A DNA stretch of 58,698 nucleotides, taken from NCBI GenBank assembly GCA_011056835.1, contig DSDU01000015.1, positions 1-58,698 of the forward strand, given 5' to 3'. The DNA comes from Deltaproteobacteria bacterium (GTDB taxonomy: Bacteria > Desulfobacterota > Syntrophia > Syntrophales > UBA6807). The notes below the pieces were generated by a model. The model made no database searches. It saw nothing but the letters and a program-made list of their open reading frames with translations, and had not been told where the DNA came from. Shown piece by piece: positions 1 to 9,663 of the stretch. The translations under genes were made by a program, and so were the position numbers. The first letter of the stretch is position 1; each line of letters begins with the position of its first letter.

Positions 1-243
1 CGCATACGTTCCGGTATGAACAGCGCACGTTTCACTTCGCACAAAATCATTTCAATTCACACCCCGGAAGTGCCTGGAAATTTCCTTGAGATATCAGTCT
101 CGTTCAGAATATAATCTCATCCGGGATGACATAAACCGAAGCGTTTCAAAGCCATTATGCATGGAAATGAAACATCTATCAAATCAGGTAAGGCATCATC
201 GTTCCATGGTGAGCAAATAAACCATCTGTGGGAGGGATTATTC

Positions 244-1407
244 ATGAGCATCAGAGATAAGTACGCCATTGTCGGTGTCGGTTATACGCCGCAGGGCCGT
301 ATTCCCGGACGGACGGAACTGAGTTTTCATCTGGAGGCAATCATCAATGCAGTTGATGATGCCGGCCTTACAAAGAAAGATGTTGACGGACTCATTTGTT
401 ACCGGCATTTCCCCCCGGCGTCGGATTCTTATGACATCACACCATACATGGTGGCCCAGCATTTGGGAATGACGCCATCTTTCATCAGCCAGGATGCAAA
501 CTGATCGCGAAGTCAACTACAGCTCGCAGTTGGCGCGCTTGAATCAGGTTTCTGCACGTACGTTGTTATCTCCTACGGGCACAATGCCGCATCCAGTGAC
601 AGCATGACGAGGATGCTCATGGCACTCGGCCAGGACGAGGAGGCATTCGGACACTTCGGGGCAACGGGGAGCTACGCCCTGGCGGCACGAAGGGCAATGC
701 ATGAATTCAACACCGGACCGGAGACATGGCAGCACATTGCCGTGGGCCAGCGCAAGTGGGCAAACCTGAACCCTCTGGCCATGACATATAATCGCACCAT
801 GACATATGACGACTACATGAATGCCCGGTGGCTTGTTGAACCCTTCCGGCTTTTCGATAATTGCCTGGTTTCAGACGGGGGCCGGGCGTACATCATCACT
901 TCAGCCGAACGTGCCCGGGATTTGAAACATCATCCCGTCCTCATTGCCGGCCTCGGGCAACACAACCCGGCGGGTTACCCCCAGAGCGCAACCTTTCTCG
1001 CCGGACCGACAGGGGCACGGATCGCCGGTGAAACAGCATTCCGCATGGCCGGTATTACCAGGAATGATATCGATGCATGTCAGATTTACGACTGTTTTAC
1101 CTACACTGTTGAGATTACCCTGCAGGATTATGGGTTCTTCAAACCCGGTGAAGGTGCGGACTGGTTCCGGGGCGGCACCATCGAGCCCGGCGGCAGCATG
1201 CCTGTGAACACCTCAGGAGGACAGCTTTCGGAAGCATACTTCATGGGCCTGACGCCGATTACTGAAGGAGTGATGCAGCTCATGGGACGTTGCGGCAAGC
1301 GACAGCTCGGCCCGCAAACGGGAACGAAGGAACCGGAGATCATCCTGTGCAGCGACAACGGCGGAATCCTGCAGTGCAACACCACCATTATTCTAAGGAG
1401 GGCGTAG
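244..1407 (+). CDS. Thiolase-like protein (SCP-x/Ltp type, DUF35-partnered) with one in-frame TGA at 502-504 (codon 87). Either a selenocysteine candidate or a nonsense pseudogene.
   Basis: SD GGGAGGG lies just upstream of ATG 244. Track ORFs 157..504 and 604..1407 share one frame, and 505-603 has no other stop. The joined 387-aa product has thiolase-like blocks: KYAIVGVGYT at the N-terminus, ...ALESGFCTYVVISYG, NTSGGQLS and SDNGG near the C-terminus. Confidence 0.7.
506..538 (+). other. Stem-loop immediately 3' of the in-frame UGA, in a SECIS-like position
   Basis: Pairs 512-518 with 528-534 (GUCAACU/AGUUGGC, one G-U) and 507-509 with 536-538. There is a small internal loop and a 9-nt apical loop at 519-527. 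The hairpin starts 2-3 nt after the UGA. Confidence 0.35.
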
Positions 1408-1409
1408 CT

Positions 1410-1838
1410 ATGACAACGTATACAAAACCGATCCCGAAAATCAACGACGATTCCCGCCTGTTCTGGGAAGGATGCAGGAATCGCGAACTCAGATTCCAGA
1501 AATGCGGTACTTGCGGCCATGTCCGATGGCCTCCGGCGATGTTCTGCCCCGAATGTCATGAAAATGATACGGTATGGATAACCGCTGCAGGGCATGGAAG
1601 GGTGTACACCTATGCCGTCTACCACGTGCCCTATCACCCAGGCTTCAAGGAAGATCTTCCCTATGTGGTGGCGATTGTCGAGCTTCCTGAAGGCCCCCGC
1701 ATATTCTCAAACATCATCGGATGCACCCCGGACGAGGTGTCCTGTGACATGGCGGTAGAAGTCATGTGGGATGATGTGACGGAAGAACTGACGCTGCCGA
1801 AATTCAGACCGATGACTCTATCGAATAGTGAAACGTAA
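1410..1838 (+). CDS. DUF35 family Zn-ribbon/OB-fold protein (thiolase partner)
   Basis: SD AGGAGG sits upstream of ATG 1410, which is 3 nt after the thiolase stop. Zinc-ribbon motif CGTCGHVRWPPAMFCPEC is followed by an OB-fold-like YTYAVYH...YVVAIVELPEG. Confidence 0.85.
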   Translation: MTTYTKPIPKINDDSRLFWEGCRNRELRFQKCGTCGHVRWPPAMFCPECHENDTVWITAAGHGRVYTYAVYHVPYHPGFKEDLPYVVAIVELPEGPRIFSNIIGCTPDEVSCDMAVEVMWDDVTEELTLPKFRPMTLSNSET

Positions 1839-2110
1839 GAGGATCATTTGAGATATCCATAAGTGAAAAAAGAATCTCGAGGTCCGGGGCTGATGGAATG
1901 TATCGTCATGCCGGCAGTTCGCCGAGGCACATAAAGCTGTTTCTTTGAGATCAACACTGATGACCGTTGTTGCTTTCCGCGGGGATTTTTTATTTTGAGA
2001 TCCATACCGATCAAAGAGATTATAGATCCGTACGGCATGGACGGGGAGAAACCGTCCGGATCATCATGACGTCAAGCTTTTCGATCACTCTGCTCGCTCA
2101 TGTTCCGGCT

Positions 2111-2617
2111 TTATTTCCTGCCGAACTCAGCGATCACTTGATCAACCCATTTTCTGATCCGTTCATCCGTTACATCGGACTGATTTTCCTGATCGATGGC
2201 AAGCCCGACGAACGCACCGTTTTTCACCGCCCGCGACTCGTCGAATCGATATCCGCGAACAGGCCATGAACCGACGACCGTCGCACCCCTCCCGGATACT
2301 TTTTCATAGAGAATTCCTATGCTGTCGACAAAGGTGTCGGGAAAGAGATCCTGATCCCCCAGGCCGAACAGCGCCACCTTTTTGCCTGACAAATCAACCT
2401 GATCTAATCCCGAAATAAAAGCATTCCAGTCATCCGGCAGTCCTCCCTCCCCCCAGGTGGCGGTACCGAATATTATGAGATTATAATCATTTAACGTGTC
2501 AACGGGAGTCGAAGCAACATCATACAGTTTTGTCTTTCCCCTGCCGATGATCTCACGTATTTTTTCTGCAATACTCTCGGTAGCACCCATGGTGGATCCA
2601 TAGAATATGCCTATCAT
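2111..2617 (-). CDS. Long-chain flavodoxin
   Basis: MIGIFYGSTMGATE (FMN phosphate loop), TWGEGGLPDDW and LFGLGDQ motifs. Start chosen at the Met preceded by GGGAGAAG. Confidence 0.9.
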   Translation of the reverse strand: MIGIFYGSTMGATESIAEKIREIIGRGKTKLYDVASTPVDTLNDYNLIIFGTATWGEGGLPDDWNAFISGLDQVDLSGKKVALFGLGDQDLFPDTFVDSIGILYEKVSGRGATVVGSWPVRGYRFDESRAVKNGAFVGLAIDQENQSDVTDERIRKWVDQVIAEFGRK

Positions 2618-2650
2618 CGCTACTTCTCCCTTGGACAGTCCTTGCATTTT

Positions 2651-2863
2651 TCAGTGCTTCCCTGTCATGGTCAGCGTATCGGTAACGATCTGGAGCGGCT
2701 GAAAGGATTGTCCCGTCATCGTGAGCGTTTCCGTGTAGATCTGCCGGGGCTGATCGGCTTTCCCGGTCATGGTGAGGGTCTCCGTGGTCAGCCGTGACGG
2801 AGATCCGCCCTGGGCAAAGCCATACTGAGCTCCCGCCACAGCCGCCAGCGCCGTGACGGGCAT
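2651..2863 (-). CDS. Small protein (70 aa) with three tandem 17-residue repeats carrying T[ED]TLTMTG
   Basis: Repeat cores are ACGGAGACCCTCACCATGACCGGG, ACGGAAACGCTCACGATGACGGGA and ACCGATACGCTGACCATGACAGGG. Differences fall almost only at third codon positions of this frame. The ORF stops 33 nt before the flavodoxin start. No clear SD. Confidence 0.55.
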   Translation of the reverse strand: MPVTALAAVAGAQYGFAQGGSPSRLTTETLTMTGKADQPRQIYTETLTMTGQSFQPLQIVTDTLTMTGKH

Positions 2864-3004
2864 ATTTCATCAGCCCGTATCATACAAATGCTGTTTTTTA
2901 CGTGCCTTGTCGTATCATTGCAGTGTCAACGGTTGAGACTCTTGACACTATCGGCAGCCGGATATCAAGGTACAAGATATTCCAGCCGTGTTTAACCGCC
3001 GGAG

Positions 3005-4192
3005 TTAACTGAAGAGCCCTGACTGTTCATACTCCTCAATCTCGCTGTCGGTGTAGCCCAGCTCTCTGAATACGTCTTTCGTATGGGTTACCGAACCGAT
3101 GGTGGCTCCAATGCTCCGATACTCAGGTTTTGTTTCGGAAAATTTAATAGGGCACGCGATCTGCTCAACCGTTCCGCCATCGGGCAGGGGAAGCTTTACC
3201 ACCATTTCTCGCTCCTTCGCCAGAGAGTCATTGAACATCTCTGTCAGGGTCATGACCGGCTCAACGCAGGCATCGGTTTCGTTGAAGATCGCCACCCACT
3301 CGTCCCGCGTCTTTGTCAGGATGATCTTACGGATTTCTTCTTTCACCGCATTAATGTTTTTGGGAGATACACCTCCCGGGATCAGATCGGGGCGATTGAT
3401 CGCGTTGAAAAAATTGGTGTAGAACTGGGGTTCAAGCCCTCCGAAGCTTATATACCGACCGTCCTTCGTTTCGTAATAATCGTAGAGCGATCCGCCGTTC
3501 AGCAGGATTCCTTCAAGCTCGGGGTCCTTGCCATCCACCAGGGCACCGGCACCATACATGGCATTGAATGCGATCATGCCGTCGGTCATTGAGATATCGA
3601 TAAACTGTCCCTTCCCCGTGACGCCCCGATGGATTACTGCAGCAAGAATGCCGATAACGGCATTATAGGAACCGGACGCCACGTCGGCGATCTGCATCCC
3701 CACGAGACTGGGACCACTGCTTTTCCGTCCCGTGTAGGAGGCGAGACCGGAACGGGCAATGTAATTCATGTCATGACCTGCCCGCATTGCCATTGAACCC
3801 GTCTGGCCGTAACCGGTAATTGAGCAATAAATAACGGCAGGATTCACTGCCTTCAGACTTTCATAATCAAGCTTGAATTTCGCCATCACACCCGGTCGAA
3901 ACTGCTCGATGACGACATCATAATCGTCAAGAAGCCGATGAATGATCGGGATTGCCCGGGGATCTTTGAGATTCAGGGTCAATAAGCGTTTATTCCTCCC
4001 CAGCATGGCCGACGCCGCGGAGATCTTCGTCCCGGGAATAAAAGGCGGGAAAAAATCCACCAGATCGGGACGGGAACCGGAAACGACTCTCAGTACATCG
4101 GCTCCCAGATCGGCAAGAACCATGGTGGCATACGGGCCGGGAAGCAGAGTGGTAAAATCCAATACCTTCAGTCCTTCGAGAGTACCTGACAT
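3005..4192 (-). CDS. Family III CoA-transferase (CaiB/BaiF / alpha-methylacyl-CoA racemase family)
   Basis: N-terminus LEGLKVLDFTTLLPGPYATMVLADLGADV is typical of the family. SD AGGAGGG lies 4 nt upstream of the ATG. Full length, 395 aa. Confidence 0.85.
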   Translation of the reverse strand: MSGTLEGLKVLDFTTLLPGPYATMVLADLGADVLRVVSGSRPDLVDFFPPFIPGTKISAASAMLGRNKRLLTLNLKDPRAIPIIHRLLDDYDVVIEQFRPGVMAKFKLDYESLKAVNPAVIYCSITGYGQTGSMAMRAGHDMNYIARSGLASYTGRKSSGPSLVGMQIADVASGSYNAVIGILAAVIHRGVTGKGQFIDISMTDGMIAFNAMYGAGALVDGKDPELEGILLNGGSLYDYYETKDGRYISFGGLEPQFYTNFFNAINRPDLIPGGVSPKNINAVKEEIRKIILTKTRDEWVAIFNETDACVEPVMTLTEMFNDSLAKEREMVVKLPLPDGGTVEQIACPIKFSETKPEYRSIGATIGSVTHTKDVFRELGYTDSEIEEYEQSGLFS

Positions 4193-4574
4193 AAAACCCT
4201 CCTTTTTGGCTTTTTCGAGTCCTTGAAAGAAATAGTTTTGTTGTGTGATTTAGATAGAAAGGAATACCTGAGCGCCCCCACTCAGGAAAACGATGCCTGT
4301 CGAATTGATACCATCTATTACATTATGCCGTCAATCTCTTACTTTAAATATCGCCCATTTGGTATCCCGGTTTCCTCGATTCGGCAGTCACCTGTTTTAC
4401 GTAGTCACGATTCCGTATACCATAATCAGGCAGGCATCAGTCGATATCTGTCTTTCACGATTTTTCTCTCGGCAACAGCTTATGCGGGAATGTTTTCTCC
4501 GGGAGGTAAACAGGCATGGAATTGAGAAACAGTAACAGTATTGAGCCGTTACTGGTGATCGGCATCGTTCGGTT

Positions 4575-5657
4575 TTATGACGGGTTCACTTCACGAACCG
4601 TCCATAAATGAGGGTAGTATCGTCTTATGAACCCGTCAACCGTCCTGATATCAAATCCCAGAATACCTGCCGCTTTCTCTGCTATTATGAGCAGCAGAAC
4701 CACCGGCAGCATGTAGGATGCAAGGACGATTCGGGAAAAGTTTATTTCCTGTCCCCGAAGAGATGCAAAATTATTCCTAATGAGATTCGGCATCGTTTTG
4801 TATTGGATAAAATAAAGGGAACAGACAAAAATGGAAACGATAACGACTGCCGTTTGAAACAGCATGTTTATGATTTTGTTTCGCCCCATAAGATTCATAA
4901 TATTGGTTTGTGTGTATGTGAACGGCCTGTTCGGCACAAAGGCTTCCTTGAACCATTTCATGATGAGATACGTAACGACGTAGGCCGTGATGGCCGTTGT
5001 ATCGAGGACAGGCCGATAATAACTGCCGCTGTTGCCGTAAATCACTTTAACATCCATACACCGTATCACCGCCCCGGCATCTCCTGCTTTGATTAATATT
5101 TCCGTTTCCGTAACATATTTTCCAGTCGTCAATGTGAGATTCCTGATCAAGGCTATGGGGTACAGTCGGTAGCCGCACTGTGTGTCTTCGATAAACTGGT
5201 TTGCCGCAAGAGAAATATAAAATCGGGCAATATGCATTGAATTATATCGTGCCCGTGGAATCACTTCCTGCTCGTGCATTCTTGATCCTACAATGATATC
5301 GTGAGAATGCTGACGGTGCGTCTCGATGAAGGCGGGAATATCCTCTGTGTCGTGCTGACCATCGGCGTCGATCGTAATGGCGGCATCATAGCCATCTTCG
5401 ATCAATTTCCGAAAGAGCATCTGCAATACATATCCCTTGCCGCGGTTTCCGCCGGTGGCGATGACCGTCGCTCCTGCACGTCTGGCAATATCTGCCGTCT
5501 CATCGGTGGAACCATCATCACCAACGATGACGGTGGGAACATGCTTCAATGCCCCCGTTATCACATCACGTATTGTTCTCGATGCGTTATACGCCGGGAT
5601 GATCACACATAGTTTAGAAGCCAACGACTGCCCCTCCTTTTCATCTATTCCCGCCAC
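4575..5657 (-). CDS. Family 2 glycosyltransferase with C-terminal transmembrane segments
   Basis: VIIPAYNAS...GDDGSTDET...DADGQHD motifs, with a hydrophobic C-terminal third. An internal AAGGAGGGG followed by TTG (about 5624) may be the true start. Confidence 0.8.
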   Translation of the reverse strand: MAGIDEKEGQSLASKLCVIIPAYNASRTIRDVITGALKHVPTVIVGDDGSTDETADIARRAGATVIATGGNRGKGYVLQMLFRKLIEDGYDAAITIDADGQHDTEDIPAFIETHRQHSHDIIVGSRMHEQEVIPRARYNSMHIARFYISLAANQFIEDTQCGYRLYPIALIRNLTLTTGKYVTETEILIKAGDAGAVIRCMDVKVIYGNSGSYYRPVLDTTAITAYVVTYLIMKWFKEAFVPNRPFTYTQTNIMNLMGRNKIINMLFQTAVVIVSIFVCSLYFIQYKTMPNLIRNNFASLRGQEINFSRIVLASYMLPVVLLLIIAEKAAGILGFDIRTVDGFIRRYYPHLWTVREVNPS

Positions 5658-5858
5658 AGTATATATATTTATAAAAACTTGCTTTTACTCGGAAAAGTAT
5701 AGGGAAGTTCCCGGGAGGAGTCAACGTAATTCGGCATTCAAGCGGGCCACCGGCATCGTGGTGAGATTCTCCCGGTGTCGTGTGCAAAGTGAAGGGAATG
5801 AGGGGGCAAAATAATCATTGACGTCTGTCCGTGAATTATTGTATCTAAGCTTTTCGGG

Positions 5859-5887
5859 AACCGGGCTCTGTCGGCCCGGTTTTTTAT
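5859..5887 (+). terminator. Intrinsic-terminator-like hairpin directly upstream of prfC
   Basis: AACCGGGC-TCTGTCG-GCCCGGTT followed by TTTTTAT. It ends about 20 nt before the prfC start, and there is no + strand gene upstream. Confidence 0.5.
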
Positions 5888-5908
5888 ATCGTTAAACGTT
5901 TTGAGGGT

Positions 5909-7501
5909 ATGAATGTGAATAAACACTTTAAAAAAGAAGTGGATCGGCGCCGTAATTTCGGTATCATAAGTCACCCCGATGCGGGCAAAACCACACTGAC
6001 CGAAAAACTTCTGCTTTTCGGCGGCGCCATCCAGCAGGCCGGGGCTGTCAGGGCCCGTAAAGCAGCCCGCCATGCCACAAGCGACTGGATGAATATAGAA
6101 CAGGAGCGAGGCATCTCCGTGACCACGTCGGTCATGAAATTCAACTACGGTAACTATGAGATCAATCTTCTCGACACACCGGGTCACCAGGACTTCTCCG
6201 AAGACACCTACCGTGTGCTCACTGCCGTTGACAGCGCCCTCATGGTCATCGACAGCGCCAAGGGCGTCGAGCCGCAGACGAAAAAGCTCATGGAAGTGTG
6301 CCGCATGCGCAACACTCCTATTATCACCTTTATCAACAAGCTTGACAGGGATGGACTTTTACCACTGGAATTGCTCTCCGACATTGAGGAAAACCTTCAG
6401 ATCGAGTGCGTCCCTCTCTCATGGCCGATCGGCATGGGCAAATCGTTCAAGGGTGTCTACAATCTTTACCGCCGGGAACTGCGCCTGTTCAAAGCCGGAG
6501 GAAACACACACGCTCATGAGGGAGTCACAATTCATGATCTCTCCGACCCCCGCCTTGATCAAATTCTGGGAAGCCAGGCCGGGGAACTTCGCGAAAGCAT
6601 AGAACTGCTGGAGGGAGCAGCCAACCCCTTTGAACTTGACCACTATCTGAAGGGGAATCAGACACCTGTGTTTTTCGGCAGCGCCATCAATAATTTCGGC
6701 GTGAAAGAACTGCTTGATTCATTCGTGGAAATGGCACCCGCTCCTGCCGTCCGTCCGACGCTGACCAGAGAAGTATCGCCATATGAAGAAACATTCTCTG
6801 GATTCGTCTTTAAAATTCAGGCAAACATGGATCCTGCTCACCGTGATCGCATTGCTTTTCTCCGGGTCTGTTCAGGCACATTCCGCCGGGGTATGAAGGT
6901 GATTCATCACCGGACCGGAAAGGAAATCACCATTGCCAACGCAACAATCTTCATGTCTCAGGACCGCACCAATGTCGAAGAGGCCTATCCCGGGGATGTC
7001 ATCGGCATTCACAACCACGGCACTATTAAGATCGGAGATACCTTTACAGAATCCGAGCCGCTGAAGTTCATCGGCATTCCCAACTTTGCTCCGGAAAACT
7101 TTCGCCGCGTACGCCTGAAGAACCCCATGAAGACAAAACAACTCCATAAGGGTCTCGTTCAGCTGTCAGAGGAAGGGGCCGTTCAGGTCTTCCGGCCGCT
7201 GGGGAAGAGTGATTACATCCTGGGAGCAGTGGGAATCCTCCAGTTTGACGTCACCGCCGAACGGCTGAGGTCCGAGTACGGCGCCGACACGGTTTACGAA
7301 CCCGCACCATACAGCATCGCCCGTTGGGTCAGCTGTGACGACACGAAGCGGATGAAAGATTTTGAAGCGGACAACAGAAACTCACTTGCTCACGACTTCG
7401 AGGGACGTCCCACCTTTCTTTCCTCCAGCGAGTGGCGCCTGGAACGGTGCATGGAGGCATGGCCCGAGGTGACATTTCACAAAACACAGGAGCATAGTTA
7501 A
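5909..7501 (+). CDS. prfC: Peptide chain release factor 3
   Basis: [40 protein letters not shown] and [16 protein letters not shown], over a full length of 530 aa. Confidence 0.95.
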   Translation: MNVNKHFKKEVDRRRNFGIISHPDAGKTTLTEKLLLFGGAIQQAGAVRARKAARHATSDWMNIEQERGISVTTSVMKFNYGNYEINLLDTPGHQDFSEDTYRVLTAVDSALMVIDSAKGVEPQTKKLMEVCRMRNTPIITFINKLDRDGLLPLELLSDIEENLQIECVPLSWPIGMGKSFKGVYNLYRRELRLFKAGGNTHAHEGVTIHDLSDPRLDQILGSQAGELRESIELLEGAANPFELDHYLKGNQTPVFFGSAINNFGVKELLDSFVEMAPAPAVRPTLTREVSPYEETFSGFVFKIQANMDPAHRDRIAFLRVCSGTFRRGMKVIHHRTGKEITIANATIFMSQDRTNVEEAYPGDVIGIHNHGTIKIGDTFTESEPLKFIGIPNFAPENFRRVRLKNPMKTKQLHKGLVQLSEEGAVQVFRPLGKSDYILGAVGILQFDVTAERLRSEYGADTVYEPAPYSIARWVSCDDTKRMKDFEADNRNSLAHDFEGRPTFLSSSEWRLERCMEAWPEVTFHKTQEHS

Positions 7502-7753
7502 AAGGGAAACAGTCATCTACCGAGAGGTTGTTGTTACCGCTCATTTTCACTGCCCATGCCATTTTTAATAAATCTACGACGCGACTCAGGCAACTCCACA
7601 CCCCTCCTTCAGTCAAGAAAAATCTTCTTGACAGCAACACAATGAGGCGTATCATCCATCTTGTTGATGGTTTCTCCTTTGAGAGCTCTTCGGCACACGT
7701 ATACATCAGCGAATGACGACCTGTGATTTCGTCAGCCCTGCTTCCTGAAAGGA

Positions 7754-8023
7754 ATGGGGGACATCGTTCCCCCGGAAATGACGGAAGATTTCACTGCATT
7801 CAGACGCTGTATGAAGGGAACAAACCAGAAGCAGCCGAGATGCATCGCCCTCTCCGGTGACGTAGGCAGGTTTGTTTCCTGCACCATTTATGACAATCGG
7901 CCAAGCCCCTGCCGACAATTCGGCATCACATTTCATAACGGCACATGGTACACTGATGTTGCTGACCTGATGAGGTGCAATGAAGCACGGGCTATCAGGG
8001 GTCTGTCGCCTCTCGCTTTGTAG
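7754..8023 (+). CDS. YkgJ-family cysteine-cluster protein, lacking the usual N-terminal CxxCGxCC block
   Basis: RCMKGTNQKQPRCIALSGDVGRFVSCTIYDNRPSPCRQF matches the YkgJ/UPF0153 C-terminal signature. Stops lie upstream in this frame. Confidence 0.5.
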   Translation: MGDIVPPEMTEDFTAFRRCMKGTNQKQPRCIALSGDVGRFVSCTIYDNRPSPCRQFGITFHNGTWYTDVADLMRCNEARAIRGLSPLAL

Positions 8024-8043
8024 AATTCTGAGGAAGCAATCCA

Positions 8044-8313
8044 TTGGAAAACAAACAAGATAACGACTCCATTGTGATAATACCCCATGAGCGGCTTTCC
8101 TCGGAATCTCTCAAATCGCTTATTGAGGAGTTCGTGACCCGCGACGGAACCGATTATGGAGAAACGGACGTACCGCTCCAGCGGAAAATCGATCAGGTAA
8201 TGCGGCAGATCTTGTCAGGCAAGACTGTAATCCTGTTTCACGAATCATCTCAGACTGTCGATATCGTTTCAACCGACGATCATCGAGTGAAAGATCGTTC
8301 CGTCAAGGCATGA
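8044..8313 (+). CDS. YheU family protein (UPF0270)
   Basis: IIPHERLSSESLKSLIEEFVTRDGTDYGE...LSGKTVILFHESSQTVDIV resembles YheU. The start is TTG at 8044, or a nearby GTG. Confidence 0.7.
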   Translation: MENKQDNDSIVIIPHERLSSESLKSLIEEFVTRDGTDYGETDVPLQRKIDQVMRQILSGKTVILFHESSQTVDIVSTDDHRVKDRSVKA

Positions 8314-8589
8314 ACAGGGATGACTGGCTGCCGTCCTTCTTACCTCGTGAGCCACTGTCCAATACGATCCTTTCATGCTGCTGTTCCATTTTATGAATCT
8401 TCGCCGGATAGTTTCGTCATGCAATAAAACGCTGAGCCTGTCTCTGCGAATACATCGGGCCGATGTTTCTTTACACCGGATGTGGGAAAACGAATTTACC
8501 GGGAGATACTCATGCCTTTTACTATGCCTTTGCGTTCCAGCCAGTGATACGCTACAATGCGACCACTGCATATGGAGAGAGGTATAACT

Positions 8590-9000
8590 ATGAGATCGTT
8601 CCTCAGGACAATTTCACTGGCATTCGCCGCAGGAGCACTTGGCGGCCTGGGAAAAGGTTTCGTCGTCTGGCTTTCGGGCCACGTGGGAATCACTGCAGCG
8701 CTGGGTGTCAAAATCGCCCCGGCCTTCACGCCATCGTTTCTCTACCCTCATGTTGTATGGGGCGGACTGTGGGGCTTTCTCTTTCTTCTCCCAATTCTTA
8801 AAAGCCGGTGGTTTGCGAGAGGTCTTCTTTTCAGTCTCGCGCCGACATTGACACAGCTTTGTATCATTTTTCCCTATAAAGCGCACAAAGGGTTTATGGG
8901 GGTTGATCTCGGGCTGTGGACGCCCCTGTTTGTCGTCGCATTCAACATAGTCTGGGGGATTGTAACGGCACTATGGCTTCGATGGACCGGCCGACAGTAA
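8590..9000 (+). CDS. Hypothetical integral membrane protein (about 4 TM segments)
   Basis: SD GGAGAGAGG precedes ATG 8590. The product is hydrophobic, with WGGLWGFLFLLP and VVAFNIVWGIVTALWL segments. No recognisable family. Confidence 0.55.
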   Translation: MRSFLRTISLAFAAGALGGLGKGFVVWLSGHVGITAALGVKIAPAFTPSFLYPHVVWGGLWGFLFLLPILKSRWFARGLLFSLAPTLTQLCIIFPYKAHKGFMGVDLGLWTPLFVVAFNIVWGIVTALWLRWTGRQ

Positions 9001-9050
9001 TGTCTGACGGGGACATTGCATCGTATCAACAGTATAAATCATAATGAGGG

Positions 9051-9500
9051 ATGGGACGGATGAGGCAGGAAGTTTATAAGGCGATTGCCCGAAAGGTTTC
9101 GGATGAACCGTTCGCCCGCATGATGGGCTTGAAGCTGATCTCGATCGACGCGGGTTATGCACTCGTGGAAATGAATGTTACTCCCGAGATGGCGAATATA
9201 CAAGGAACATCACATGGAGGGGCCATTTTTTCCCTCATCGATGAAGCATTTGAAGTCGCCTCAAATTCCCACGGAACAACAGCCGTGGCCCTTAACATGA
9301 ATGTCACCTACGTGGCACCGCCTCTCATCGGTACATGTCTGAGAGCTGAGGCATCTGAGGTAAGCAGAACTTCACGAACGGCGCAATACTCTATCATTGT
9401 TAAGGACGGCAACAACAGCCTCATCGCCACCTGCCAGGCTCTCGTCTACAGGAAAAAGGATAGGCTGCCATTTTTACAGGACCAGGATGGTGGGAGCTGA
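9051..9500 (+). CDS. PaaI-family hotdog-fold thioesterase
   Basis: NIQGTSHGGAIFSLIDEAF...AVALNMNVTYVAP is typical of the PaaI/4HBT type-II thioesterase core. Confidence 0.8.
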   Translation: MGRMRQEVYKAIARKVSDEPFARMMGLKLISIDAGYALVEMNVTPEMANIQGTSHGGAIFSLIDEAFEVASNSHGTTAVALNMNVTYVAPPLIGTCLRAEASEVSRTSRTAQYSIIVKDGNNSLIATCQALVYRKKDRLPFLQDQDGGS

Positions 9501-9663
9501 GAGCCCGCTTTCCCATGTCATTGCATGGCAGTAACCCCCGGTTCAATGTCGGGACACCATGAGAGGAAGCGGAAGGCTGTGAGGTACGGCTATGCCATGT
9601 CGTGTTGTCATATCGACGGCGCGGGATTCACCGCATTACAAAAAAGCATGACTGAATGATTGC

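Noticed and set aside
2553-2870. A 105-aa His/Asp-rich ORF in the alternative frame over the repeat-peptide locus
   Set aside because: It overlaps the 5' end of the flavodoxin gene in a different frame. In this frame the differences between repeats are non-synonymous. The 70-aa frame explains the substitution pattern better.
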